Positions 44,116-56,827 of a stretch of DNA of 64,000 nucleotides are shown piece after piece. The DNA lies in NCBI RefSeq assembly GCF_001194135.2, contig NC_068990.1, forward strand, positions 3,514,379 to 3,578,378. Direction: 5' to 3'. The first letter of the stretch is position 1, and every line of letters begins with the position of its first letter. The stretch is from Octopus bimaculoides (taxonomy: Eukaryota). The translations under genes were made by a program, and so were the position numbers. The notes beneath the pieces were generated by a model. It saw only the letters and a list, made by a program, of their open reading frames with translations, ran no database searches and was not told the DNA's origin.

Positions 44116-44747
44116 CATTTATGCATGTCCATACATATTTGTGTGTGTAGCATACGTGTGTATATGCATATATGTATGTATATATATATATATANNNNNN
44201 NNNNNNNNNNNNNNNNNNNNNNNNNNNNNNNNNNNNNNNNNNNNNNNNNNNNNNNNNNNNNNNNNNNNNNNNNNNNNNNNNNNNNNNNNNNNNNNNNNNN
44301 NNNNNNNNNNNNNNNNNNNNNNNNNNNNNNNNNNNNNNNNNNNNNNNNNNNNNNNNNNNNNNNNNNNNNNNNNNNNNNNNNNNNNNNNNNNNNNNNNNNN
44401 NNNNNNNNNNNNNNNNNNNNNNNNNNNNNNNNNNNNNNNNNNNNNNNNNNNNNNNNNNNNNNNNNNNNNNNNNNNNNNNNNNNNNNNNNNNNNNNNNNNN
44501 NNNNNNNNNNNNNNNNNNNNNNNNNNNNNNNNNNNNNNNNNNNNNNNNNNNNNNNNNNNNNNNNNNNNNNNNNNNNNNNNNNNNNNNNNNNNNNNNNNNN
44601 NNNNNNNNNNNNNNNNNNNNNNNNNNNNNNNNNNNNNNNNNNNNNNNNNNNNNNNNNNNNNNNNNNNNNNNNNNNNNNNNNNNNNNNNNNNNNNNNNNNN
44701 NNNNNNNNNNNNNNNNNNNNNNNNNNNNNNNNNNNNNNNNNNNNNNN

Positions 44748-45050
44748 GTGTATAAGAGAATTTGACATCGCTGCCCTAAGCTGCGTCTCATTACGAGCCA
44801 TTGGTTCATCTGGTATCGTGGAGAGGAAAGTGGCAAGTTTTGTCTTGAAGACCTCCGCATCCATGTCTTGCATGTCTCTCAAATGTTTTGGCAGGGCATT
44901 GAAGAGCTGAGGTCCTCTGAAACCGAGGCTGCTGCAGTATCTCGTTCTCATGTGAGATGCAGTGGACGGTACCTTTGGCATCATGCAGTGGCGACCCGTG
45001 CGGGCATTCCTGTAGTACTTGATGCCAAAGTTTGGCACCAGTCCTTCCAG
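44748..45050 (-). mobile_element. CR1/L2-clade LINE ORF2 C-terminus
   Basis: GLVPNFGIKYYRNARTGRHCMMPKVPSTASHMRTRYCSSLGFRGPQLFNALPKHLRDMQDMDAEVFKTKLATFLSTIPDEPMARNETQLRAAMSNSL. The 3' end is lost in the N-gap. Confidence 0.85.
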
Positions 45051-45348
45051 TATTTTCCATATGTATATTATATATATATATACATATTTATATATGTATG
45101 TATATTTATACATGTATGTATGTGTACAAATACACATGCATTTATATCTATCTAGTTATCTCCCGAGAGAGAGAGAAAGAGAGGGAGAAAGCGATAGGTA
45201 GATGAAAATGCATATGTAGTTGTACGCATATTCAGAGATGTATAAATATACATACATATATAAATATGTATATATATATAAATATATATATACGCGTATA
45301 CATATAAATATGTATACATATATAATCAGCTATGGCTAATTATGCGTG

Positions 45349-45402
<54 letters not shown>

Positions 45403-45841
45403 TGTGTGTGTGTGTGTGTGTGTGTGTTGTGTGTTTATTAAGGCATTTATACGTAAGATAGATAGGTAGATAAATAAATAGATAGATAGATAGATAGATA
45501 GACAGATAATACAAGTGTATATATGTACGTGTACACGTCTGTGTTTAAACGTATGGCTATCTTGTAAGTGTCTATATGTAGTTCCTGGCGTTGGTCTGTG
45601 GTTTTGCGTGCGTATGTTAAATTTATTGGGAACTTCAAAATCCTCTACTCATTACTGCAATAATTTCTTTTCCTATCCTCGAACGAAAGCGATGATTAGA
45701 ACAAAAAAAATTGCTGTAAATAATAACAATTAATCTGATAGTTTTATTAATTTGTGTATTGACAATAATTGGTAGACTTGAAGCGGTGATGCCTATCTCA
45801 GAAGCAGATAATCCAAGTACCAATGATTAGTGTTATTCAGT

Positions 45842-46170
45842 AAAAAAAAAAAAAACTGATAAACGTCGCACTTTCAAACCCTAGCCAGGCTCATGGACCC
45901 GGTTTCCCGGTTTCTATCGTGTATGTGTTCACCCCACCCAGCTTGACGGGACGCCAGTCCATCGCAGCGTTACCCAAGAAACAGGAAGAAAGTGTGAGAG
46001 AGAGATGGGGCGAAAGAGTACAACAGGTTTCGCCACCACCCCCTGCCGGAGCCTCGTGGAGCTTAGGTGTTTCGCTCAATAAACACACACAACGCCCGGT
46101 CTGGGAATCGAAACCGCGTCCCTCCGACCGCGAGTCCGCTGCCCTAACCACTGGGCCATTGTGCCTCCAC
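45842..46170 (-). mobile_element. Well-preserved tRNA-derived SINE with 14-bp target-site duplication
   Basis: A box TGGCCCAGTGG and B box GTTTCGATTCC on the minus strand. TAGTGTTATTCAGT is duplicated at 45828-45841 and 46171-46184. Confidence 0.92.
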
Positions 46171-46249
46171 TAGTGTTATTCAGTGCTAAGCAATATTTCT
46201 TGTTACTGTTGCCTTCGTCGACTCTTTCGTAAATTGTTCTCAACCAAGT

Positions 46250-47260
46250 ATCCTGTTCGAAGCTGTGACTTTGAGTTTTCTCAACGTCATACAGAAAATC
46301 TCATTTCCTTAGATCTAATAGCAGACTTGCCAATTTCAGACCCTTCAAGGTAATCTCTATTCTGTTATTGAAATCCACCATATTTTCGTTGTTTTTTCTT
46401 TATGCTACGTATTGTAGCAGTTCTTTATTTTTTTCTTCTCTCTAACACAAACTTTGGGGCGGATGCAATCTGTTGTTGTGAGTGGTACTGGTGTTCTGCT
46501 GTTCTGCTTCCCGTTGGTCTTATGTGCTTGTCTGCTGGGTTTTCCCTTGTGTCTTCGTTATTGTTTCCTTTGTATCGTCTTCTCATTGCAGTTAATGGCG
46601 GAAGTGTCACGTCAGTGGCAGTATTCTTGTTGTGGTAGTGTGATTCGTACTGTTTTGGCTCGATGTGCAGTTGGTGCTTCTTGCGTATTTTTCCGTCTTT
46701 ATTTGTTTCACTTCTTTCTTTTCTTCTTCCGTCCTACCTCATCTTTACAGGTATAAACAGACTTTTCCTCCGATAAGGGTCAGGGTATATTTACTCGTAT
46801 GTGTACGTTTGAGCGGATGGAAAAGGGTTTGCGACGGTGAGTGCTGGGTATAGCACTTTGGTAGCGTTAATTTTCTTATAATCATTATCTTCGCCTTCTC
46901 AATGCTATTTCGGCTGCGAAATGGATGTCGACGCTGCTTGCTTTATTACTTTTACTATTTCTGCTGTGGTAGCATGTGTTGTCATTGCTGTTGTTGCTGT
47001 TGCTTCTGTTGATGATGGTCTAGATGCTGTAATTATACCTTCTCGTTCTCCAGTTGCTACTTTTGCTACTGCTTCTGTTGCTCACAATGCTGTTGGACTT
47101 TTTTCTGTTGCGTGTTGCATGAGCAGAAAGCTGTGATATGTCTTCTGCCCTCTACACCCTAACAGTTCCGCCCCATTCAGTGGAGAAATGAAGCCTGATT
47201 CTTCCCATAGGCTTCCAGCAATTCGAAGCAATGGGCTGCTGACGCCCCACCACTATCATC
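46250..47260 (-). mobile_element. Probable L1/Tx1 ORF1 (gag-like) relic
   Basis: GRNC*GVEGRRHITAFC fits a CX2CX4HX4C knuckle with one Cys lost (~47110-47170). It is followed by an Ala/Thr-rich tract and a K/R/Q-rich tract, as in Tx1 ORF1. Confidence 0.4.
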
Positions 47261-47379
47261 ACCACCACTATCACCACAAAACAAAAGCATCAACAACAAC
47301 AACAACAATGGAAACAATAATAACAATAATTATAACAATAATAATAGTTTAAAAGGATTGACGTAACTCTTTACAAAGA

Positions 47380-49113
47380 TTAATAGACAATAAGAAGAGT
47401 GCGATGCGATTGCAATAGACATTTTATTGGTTGAGCAATATCGCGACTGCTTGTCTTTGTCGATTTGAAAATGAAAAGTGATGCATAAAAATTCAAAATT
47501 ATAAAAATTCAACCAGAATTCCCACGTTCATGGAATGACATCACCAGTCTTCAATTTTCAAGTTTACAAATAGCAAAAAGAAAGAATAAAATGAGAAAAA
47601 TTGAAAAGAAAAGCAAAAAAGAAAAAAGAAGAATATTTAGTCAAACAGTTTTGTGTAAATATGTTGAAATTCTCCTGTCATTTTATTCATTCTTCCAGGG
47701 CGTGATGTTAGTAACTCGCAAACATATTTCTTCTCATGCATTTTCTGAGAATATGCACTTTCAAGTCTTTTATAAAATTGCAGCAGTTTGATGAAAAATG
47801 TTCGGCAAGTTTTGTCGAATTACTGTTATTGTGCTTAACGTCATATCTGTACCGATTAAATCTTTTGTTTAATTTTTCTATCGTACAACCAACATAAATG
47901 AAGTTGTTTTTCGTGCATTCTACTTCGTACACCAAATGGAAATCTCTGCACATCCCACCTAATGTGTAAATCATAACATTTTTGTTATGATTCCTGATGG
48001 TATTCACTTGACTCGTGTTGTTATACAATGAACAGGGCTTACCTCTTGCGGTTGTTTTTCTAGGTACAGCGTCCCGAAACTCCAATGTTATTTCTTTTTT
48101 TTTTTTTTTTCGAGTCAGAAGTAGAGGTTGATAGTTCTGATATCTTTATTCCGTCTAAAGTCTACAATAGGTGGCTGAGGAAATATTTGTTAGAAACGAG
48201 GATATGTTTCCGCAACATGCTGGTAACTTTCATGTATCTCTTTTGAAATGCCATCGAAATTTCGGTGCCAGTTAATCACTAAAGGAATTCTGTCACATAC
48301 TGTACTTTGTTTGCTAAAATTATGCGTGAAACTTTGAGTTTCTTTGCTAATCTTAGCCATGTCATTTGCTATTTCTTTTAATCATGATTCACTGTAACTG
48401 CGTTTGACATAATGTTGTACAAAAGTATTTGCATGTTTCCAGTAATCCTCTATGCCAGTACAAATCCGTTTTATCCTCCAAAATTGGGATTTCGGATTTG
48501 ACCGAATTACATGACGTAGGTAATCGAAACGACGGTCGAGGTATATGTGGAATAATGTGGGCGTATAAAATTACTTCATCACTATTCTACCTCCAGAAAT
48601 CTTAACTTTTGCGTCAAAAAATCCAACGCTATACTTTGAAAAACTAGACGTAAATTTTATGTTGGTCTTAAAGACATAGTTGTTAGCACAACAGTCACAG
48701 AAATGCAAGAGGTCAAATAAACTATCCTGTGATCCTTCCCAGACAAAAAAGATGCCATCAATGAACCGTAACCAGAATATTGGTTCATGAACATGTGGGT
48801 ATTTGAATTAAAGGAAAGAGCAAATGACATAGCAATGATTAGCAAAGGAAGCCGAACTTCTTGTTACATTTTTTTTTCATTTTTTCTCTTTTTGTCTTTT
48901 TGCCATTTGTAAACTTGAAAATGGAAGATTGATGATGTCATTCCATCAACGTGAGGACGATGGTTACCCTCGTTCATATTTTGAATTTGAATTTCTATAA
49001 TTTTAAATTTTTATTTATCACTATTTCGAACTCGACAAAGATAGGTTAGCTGTCGAAGTATCGTTCAACCAATAAAATATCTATTGCAATCGAAACGTCC
49101 TCTTCGTATTGTC

Positions 49114-49118
<5 letters not shown>
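47380..49118 (-). mobile_element. Penelope-like element (5'-truncated RT, thumb/linker, GIY-YIG endonuclease) with inverted terminal arms
   Basis: Minus strand in order: ASFAN...PIFWLRFIDGIFFVWEG (RT YIDD motif as FIDG), IKFTSSFS..VGFFD, SQFWRIKRICT, RIPLVINWH, IFPQPPIVDFRRNKDIR, GKPCSL, LVYEVECTKNNFIYVGCTIEKLNKRFNRYR...LAEHF (GIY-YIG). 47380-~47610 and ~48868-49118 are inverted copies of each other. Confidence 0.93.
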
Positions 49119-49192
<74 letters not shown>

Positions 49193-49213
49193 CACAATCA
49201 TAATAATAATAAT

Positions 49214-49737
49214 TGCCCTGAAGTAGTACCAGGCACTGGTTCTGATGGCTTCTCCTCTTAACTAATTGAAAGTGTTATTACGTACATGTTATGTCTTGGT
49301 ATAAATGATGGGCTATAGCAAATATTCAGCTCAGTATCACACATTTGTTTGTCGGTTGTTTGACTTTAACCAGTAGAGCATGTCCGTGGGTGGCTGATGA
49401 TAGGTGCATCACTGATCACGGGAAGGAGTTGTGGGCGAGTTGTGCTGAGATGAATTCTTTGGGGCTTGATGTATGGGTGTTTTGTACATCTTTAAACAAA
49501 CCTTATTCAGGGGGCTTTTGAAAGGGATGGGCTGCTCGACCTGAAACAAATACTAACTGGGTCCCACCTGCAAGGCCCTGTGTTGTTTATCTAGATATGA
49601 GATCACCCTGTCCTGCACATATGGTTGTAATGCATGTTCCTAGTGCATCATTATCAGACGTGGAGTCATGATGGGTATATTGGACTTCGTATAATTGCAC
49701 CCCTATTGTCACTTTGATAGCATGCATTACTCTATAC
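49214..49737 (+). mobile_element. ~520-bp non-coding interspersed element flanked on both sides by (TAA)n
   Basis: No ORF and no tRNA head. Its 3' ~170 bp is homologous to 52577-52750 on the opposite strand (CCCC.(G/A)TGTCACTTTGAT(A/G)GCATGCA shared). Confidence 0.7.
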
Positions 49738-49896
49738 TAATAATAATAACAGCAACAGCAACAGCAACAGCAACAACAACAACAGCAACAATAATGATAA
49801 TAATACTGAATAAATAATAATAATAAATAATTAAATAATAATAATAATTATAAATAATAATAATAATAACAACAACAATAATGATAATAATAATAA

Positions 49897-49973
<77 letters not shown>

Positions 49974-49984
49974 TGACGTGTAAA

Positions 49985-50517
49985 TAAATGGTAGGTAATT
50001 TGAAAATACGCGGGGATATATTCCAAGGAGGCTCCTTCTCTACGTTACTCTACCTCATTGCTTTCATCTCACAGAGAAAGATACTGAGAAAAATGTGGCC
50101 TGCCTATGTGATTTTCAAAACCAAAATCAATATGATTCATATCAATTCCTATACACAAAATTCATATACACAGACGCGGATTCTCTAATCGAAACAGTGA
50201 GAGTATTCAATAAAGATGCTAGAATACAGCTTGAACTAGATAAGTACGTAATCCTACTTCTGAAGACAGGCAGAAGATAAAGTCTGATAGCATAAAATTA
50301 CCATAAGACAACATCATTCGATCGCTGTTTAACAATAAGGGGTGTACAAACCTCGGAGTGCTGCAAAACTATCAGATAAGGGAAAGAGAAATGAGAGATA
50401 AAGTAAATAAAAAGGGTGCTGGAAGCAAAATTAAATGGTGGGAACATCATTAAAGTCATAAATACATGAGAAATGCCAGCATTGAGATACTCTCCACCCT
50501 TTCTGGAATGGACAAAG
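49985..50517 (+). mobile_element. Dong/R4-type LINE reverse transcriptase fragment
   Basis: IRGDIFQGGSFSTLLYLIAFI (QGD.LSP motif), DSLIETVRVFNKDARIQLELDKY, then KRVLEAKLNGGNIIKVINT*EMPALRYSPPFLEWTK. Confidence 0.85.
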
Positions 50518-50534
50518 AGTAGTAGTAGTAGTAA

Positions 50535-50638
<104 letters not shown>

Positions 50639-51842
50639 GAAGCACAGAGATAAAAGTATTAAACAAAGACAGACATACAAAAATCACAATTCAGGGAACT
50701 AGAGTACGAACATACAATATTCATTCAGAAATGATAAAAATAAAAAGATGTCACATATATGCATTATATTAATATTGAAAATGTGTTAGATGTCAAACTT
50801 AGGCCATTGCTGTCAATAATAGGTCACAATTATATTATTCTGATATGTATGCAAAGTGAATTACGATGAAAATCTTCGAGAACAAGAAAACTTATTTAGA
50901 AAACATCTCCCAAAATTCAACTGAAAATAATTATTCTTATCTAAAGCAAGGACGTAGGCGTGGAATATACTTAGAAATGTATTCAAATATTATTTGTGTA
51001 GAATACGAAAATAGCATGCAAAAATATATCAACAAAATATAGTAAATAAGTGAATGCAAATTGAACAAAGCGTAAAGCAATTTTGGTCTATTTTATGAAG
51101 CAAACTTATATTAATAGAACATGATGTAACAGCTCTTTGATGGATAGAGATAAGATAATAACGTTCTAAGAAAAGCTAAATTAAAACTAGAAGTGGAAGA
51201 TGGTATGTAAAATGCTTGTCTCGTCAATACGCAATACATAAATGAAATTCAAAAGTTGGACAGTTAAATCATATTTCTCGCTTCAAAACCTAGAAGATTT
51301 TAAGCGCAGCACAAGACTACAACGCATCACCAGAGACTACAAACAAATTATATTTAAACATAATTCAAGAACTAAATGGAGAATACGTGTCTGTTGCGTT
51401 TGTGAAGAAACCTGCTTTCTCTGGTTGTTTAGAATTATGGACAGCGGAGTATATAAACATATGTGGGTGTTGGGGATTTCGTACGCTAGAAACAATATGC
51501 ACTGAAACAAACTTGTTTAGATATAGAACGCTATAAAAAGCAAACTAATGCAATACAATGCCGGGAAGAGATTGTACTCACCTAACAACAACAATAAAAA
51601 TGAAACAAGAACACACACCTCAGCAACATGGAAGTGTAGAAGGTGATGTAGCAGGTGATGCAGCAGAAATTTTCCTGAAACTATCAAATGTCGAATAATA
51701 ATCCTTTCTTCTATAGGCACAGGGCCTGCAATATTGTAGGGGAGGAGGTAATTTAACTCAGAACATAAAGCCGGAAGAGATATTCCTAAACGTTTTGTCC
51801 GGTATGTTCAAGATCCTGTTACCTCACTGCTGGCAATATATT

Positions 51843-52505
51843 ATTATCAGCTCGATCTTGTGTGCTCTGGTCGATTCTGTGAGAGCGGACAGAGATCTCG
51901 CAGGGTCTTTTTGCATACATTATAAGCGTTGATACTCGGCCATTAATTGTCGTCGGGGACATTCAACATCCAAGTACCGATCTCAAAATCCTAGCTGACC
52001 CCAGCAGCGCAGTTTTTTAGTGCTTGCTCTGCTCTCATGTCAATTCCGATTCCTTTGACATATTTCACGGACTTGGGTGTTAATGCTCCCAATGCCCCCC
52101 CACCCCCACCCATAACTACTGGTATGACAGACACTCTCCTCATAGTCCACATTCTTGCAATTCCGTCTTTTAGTAGTTTGTATTTTACAATTTATTCTAG
52201 TTCTTTGTCACATATGCGTGCATCTCCAGGTATTGCAATATCTATGACCTTGGTTTCCTTTTTTTTTAACTACCACAGCAACACCTCGTCTCCTCAGCTT
52301 CGATTTGGGAATCACAGTGGATTGTAAAATCCCGCAGTATCCTATATGCTCGGTGACTCCTTCTAGTTCATGTTCATACCATTTATGTGCTCTGTTCAAG
52401 CCGCACTTTTCACATAGCCTCCAGCGGACAAACTTAACTACGTTATAGCGCCTCCTTTTGAAGTGCTTTTAGGCCAGCTTGCTACACTCAAAATATGCCC
52501 CCTCC
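51843..52505 (-). mobile_element. Dong/R4-type LINE 3' end (zinc knuckle remnant, RLE domain, 3' UTR)
   Basis: ECSKLA*KHFKRRRYNVVKFVRWRLCEKCGLNRAHKWYEH...PGDARICDKELE*IVKYKLLKDGIARMWTMRRVSVIPVV...GALGALTP...KTALLGSARILRSVLGC*, then a UTR ending in TGATAATAA. Confidence 0.88.
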
Positions 52506-52576
52506 CGCAAAATTCAAGACTAGTTCCTATAATAGAAAGAATTATTATTATCATTATTATTATCATTATTATTATT

Positions 52577-52750
52577 GAGTGAGAGAGAGAGAGAGCAGTG
52601 CATGCCATCAAAGTGACACTGGGGTACAAATATACGAAGCTCAATATACCCACCATCACTATCTGTGTGATAAGAGTACACCAGACACATGCATCACAAG
52701 CATATGTGAGCGACATGTGATCTCATACCAAGATAAACAACGCATGACTA
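52577..52750 (-). mobile_element. 5'-truncated copy of the (TAA)n-flanked 520-bp element
   Basis: Reverse-complement homology to ~49570-49737. It is embedded in (TTA)n on the plus strand on both sides. Confidence 0.7.
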
Positions 52751-52789
52751 TGTACCGATGTTATTATTATCATTATTATTATTATTATT

Positions 52790-52834
<45 letters not shown>

Positions 52835-54489
52835 ATTATTAGTTTTTTTACTATCAACACTGAAATTATCCAGCTTCTAGCATGGAAATGTCAATTTTTG
52901 ACAGGAGTCAAAAATATAGAAAACTGAAATGTAAAATATTACACCTGCTCGAGGTTTGAAATTTTCACATGAAGAAATAAAAAAAACGTTGACAAAGTCG
53001 TCATCTTGCCAGATATCATGGGACCTGTGAGAAGCTTGACAAAAAATTCAGTGATCCTTGAAAGCTGGATACAAATGTGGAAGTGAGTGCAGTAAAAAAA
53101 AAAAGAAAGAATTACTTGGAAATTATTTTCTGTAAGAAGGACACATAAATAATGGACGGAAGTAGCTTACAGAAAGGTGATGAGTGAATCTCAGCCTAGA
53201 CCAGATATGTGGCGATAGTAAGGGTAAAGGAACTGGTTAGATCATAACACCCACGTACTTATATTCGATATAGTATTATGAATAATTATAACAAAGATAA
53301 TTCTTCTTGTGATAGGCATATTGCATGAAGGTTTGGAGGAGAGGGTTAGTCAATAATACTGACATCATTTCTGAACTAGTACTTATCGAATTTATCGACC
53401 CTAAAAATGATAGACAAGCTCGAAATCGGCGGAATTTGAACTTAGAACGTGAAGTGAGACGAATACTGCTAACGGTTCTGCAAGCTCCTCGCCTTAATTA
53501 TACTAATACTAGTAATAAAATTGTTTTTTATTGTCATAAAGACTCCATATACATAATATGACATGTTTCATGTAATACGCGTATTTGTCAAAATAGGAAT
53601 ATAATAAATGTTTCTATTTTGAGGCAAAAGTCCAGAAATTTTGAGTGGATGACATAGTCGATTACATCAATCCCAGTTGGTAGGTATGTGGTAACTGTTG
53701 TTTCTTATCAACACTGCTCACCAGCCTCAGACAATGATTTCAGGCAGAGCCACTAGACCGCGTATTATGCGAGAGGTTGTGGGTCACCATTCCGTTTCCA
53801 GGACTTCACAGGTTACTTATTTAATCGACCTCGGAATGGGAACGTCAAAATGTGAAGTAAACGAAATTGTACATATCTTGACGTGTTATCCATGCTTAAC
53901 TTTTTTGCTATACTAATGATGAAGACGATAATGACGACGATGATGAAGGTGATGACGATAATGATAATGATAATGATAATGATTGTGTGGTGGTGACAGT
54001 AGTGGTGATGGTAGTTGTGTTGTTTGTGGCGGTGCGTTGTTGGTGTTGATGAGTATGATAATGTGGATGATGCGGTAAGATGATTCCTTCTTCGAAAATT
54101 AAATAAGCAAGTTTTTGTATATATAAAATTCCCTTTCATGTTGCTGTAATTCTTCGAAGCTATATTCATACCAAATAATCTCTCCCTAAATGTTGCATTT
54201 CCCGTACTTATCATACAACTCCTGTCTTAATTATTCAACTAATTAAATATTGAAGAAGTAGTATTAGACTGATCCAAGTTCATTTCATTCCAATCTATTT
54301 TGGCTTCTATTGCAATGTATGGCACATTATGTATTGAACCATAATTCTTTTGTAGTCACAACTGAAAGTCGATAGACGAATAAATAACGAGGCTACATAT
54401 TATAATTAATCATTAATCATCTCTAGAATTCCCAAGCTGTTTTTATTAACAAAAGAAAAAAATATGTAGCACACATTGACTGTTCACAC

Positions 54490-54535
<46 letters not shown>

Positions 54536-54688
54536 NNNNNNNNNNNNNNNNNNNNNNNNNNNNNNNNNNNNNNNNNNNNNNNNNNNNNNNNNNNNNNNNN
54601 NNNNNNNNNNNNNNNNNNNNNNNNNNNNNNNNNNNNNNNNNNNNNNNNNNNNNNNNNNNNNNNNNNNNNNNNNNNNNNNNNNNNNNNN

Positions 54689-54734
<46 letters not shown>

Positions 54735-55699
54735 ATTCCAAGCTATTCAGACTAGGTTTACCTATGATATAAGGATTCTAAGTGAAAGAGCAGGAAATCT
54801 TCCTGTCCGCCTGAACCCAGGTTATCGGAAGCACTTATTCCATCAGTTTGAGTTCTAATCTAAAACAGTTGAGCTGCAGATTTTTATCCCAAAACATGAA
54901 AATCATACAACTGGAGGGCTATTTTCGAGTGGCCCAGTACGCTATCGATTTAGCTACATTGCTTTTTAAATTACATCAATACTTTCTGGAGAAAATAATT
55001 CGATGTTTAAAGAAAAGTGCTTCTTCTGTTGAAGTTGGTGATTAGATCTAGTATCACCATTTATTCCTCTCTGAATTTTATAAAAGTATTTGGGAATAGT
55101 CAAAAATATTCTTCTTCTCATGAATATTCTCATGAATTTAATATTTGTTTTTAATTATAAATTTGCTTTATAGAATATTTTTTAGTCATTGATAACTGAA
55201 TCTATAAGGAACAGCTGCAGTTTTTACTAGTTTCATTAGAAACACGTTAACTGTTGCACAGTATTGAAATTTAAGTCGTGAAGTTCTACAAATTCGTTTT
55301 TGAATTTTTTCAGCTTTCCAAGTGTTTCGGTTTTCAATGTAAATGTAATATCCCCCTGTGAATCTATTTCGCCATTAGAATTTCAAATACTGCTTTTATT
55401 TATTATCATTTCGTGCTACATTTTACGTTGAGCGGTTTTTGGATGGTATCAATACCATATCAGTTTTCCTTTGAGAATTTTTCCGGAAAAAAAGATGCTT
55501 TAAGTGCTTTCCCACAACATGACTTTAATTGAAGGAACGATATTAAATGAATGTGAGTGTATACTACTGTTCCTGACAGAAATTAGTTACAATGCATATT
55601 TTTACCCATCATTTCGTTTCTAGTAATTCATTCAGCATTCCGAAAAATTCGAGTCTTCCTTCTTGAAGTTATATCGACAAAATTAGCACATGTACTTGA

Positions 55700-56600
55700 G
55701 TTTTATGTACCGATATACGTAAGGAGTTTAACCATATATAAAGAAACTCCATGTGTCACAAAATATCTCATTCTACCTTTTCGTGAGTATTGACATTAAA
55801 CACATCTTGAACAGAATCCTTCAGCGTCACCTTGCAGTAATCAATATAGAATTATCAATATAATTTGCGAATTGCCACAGTCGTTCGAGTATTAGGCAGG
55901 AAGACTGCAATCATTTATTCGAACTCTCTGCGCACTGTTTTCACTGCCCACCAAGGTTAACTTTATCTATCCTCCTTTGGGAAGCGATAAAGAGTACCAA
56001 TCTTGCGTGAGATGTTGATGGCACTATCAGAGGGTCGAGTACGATCCTCTGATGCACCTATTCTTGTAACTTACCAACTAGCAGCAAAACGTACGATAAA
56101 ACTGGCGCCAAACTATATTGGTCCAAGTCGGTGGAGTTTCTTTTGAATATGCATTGGTGTAACTGAGGTAGAAAATTTCCATGATGGGCCGCTATAAGTC
56201 TTCTTAAAAAATCATGCACGGAAACATCACGTCATGATCATTTTAAATCTGTCTTTAATTCCCGATGTATATATGTCTTTAATTCCCGACTTCCAAAAAA
56301 TTCTGCTCACACTGTCATCACTAGCACTCGGAATGGCCAGCAGGATTTCGTTCCTCCTGCATTCCATAGACATGATTATATTTGACCGTTGACCTGCCAA
56401 CAACCGAAGCGCCCAGAAGGTAGAGTCCAATGAACGCCCGATAAGTTTCCAAATACCAAAGAACTGAATGCCGGGCTTGGCAGAACAGAAGCACTGTGGC
56501 ATTCTTGTGCATCAGAAGATCTGCGCAAAAACTTTCTCATGACCGACGAACATTCACCCCTATAGTCCTGCAATATCTATAGATATGTCGACCTTACTGC
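55700..56600 (-). mobile_element. Very decayed LINE (RTE/CR1-like) RT-region relic
   Basis: Scattered motif-like pieces only (IFWKSG, RPI, RFPKEDR, RKLLIIL) across frames with many stops. Confidence 0.25.
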
Positions 56601-56765
56601 ATGAATGACCTATCGGAGCATTCTGAAACCCGTCGGCAGGTAGGCCTTCTGACAAGCGGAATTTGTTATTTCCACAAACGCAAAAGAGACGGTATTCTTA
56701 GCAGCAAAATGATCGAGGCACTAAATACGTTCACCCGCCTTTAATGATAAATGTACGTATAGGTA

Positions 56766-56827
<62 letters not shown>

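Noticed and set aside
46085-46170. tRNA gene
   Set aside because: It is the tRNA-like head of a SINE, with a SINE body and TSD; there is no acceptor-stem closure.
51570-51668. Signal-peptide-like minus exon (…VCVLVSFLLLLL|GTGAGT)
   Set aside because: No in-frame start codon, the hydrophobic run comes from a short (TTG)n repeat, and no partner exons were found.
51930-51985. PLIVVGD(F)N-like apurinic endonuclease motif on the plus strand
   Set aside because: It needs a frameshift, and the segment is fully explained as the antisense of the Dong/R4 stop region and 3' UTR.
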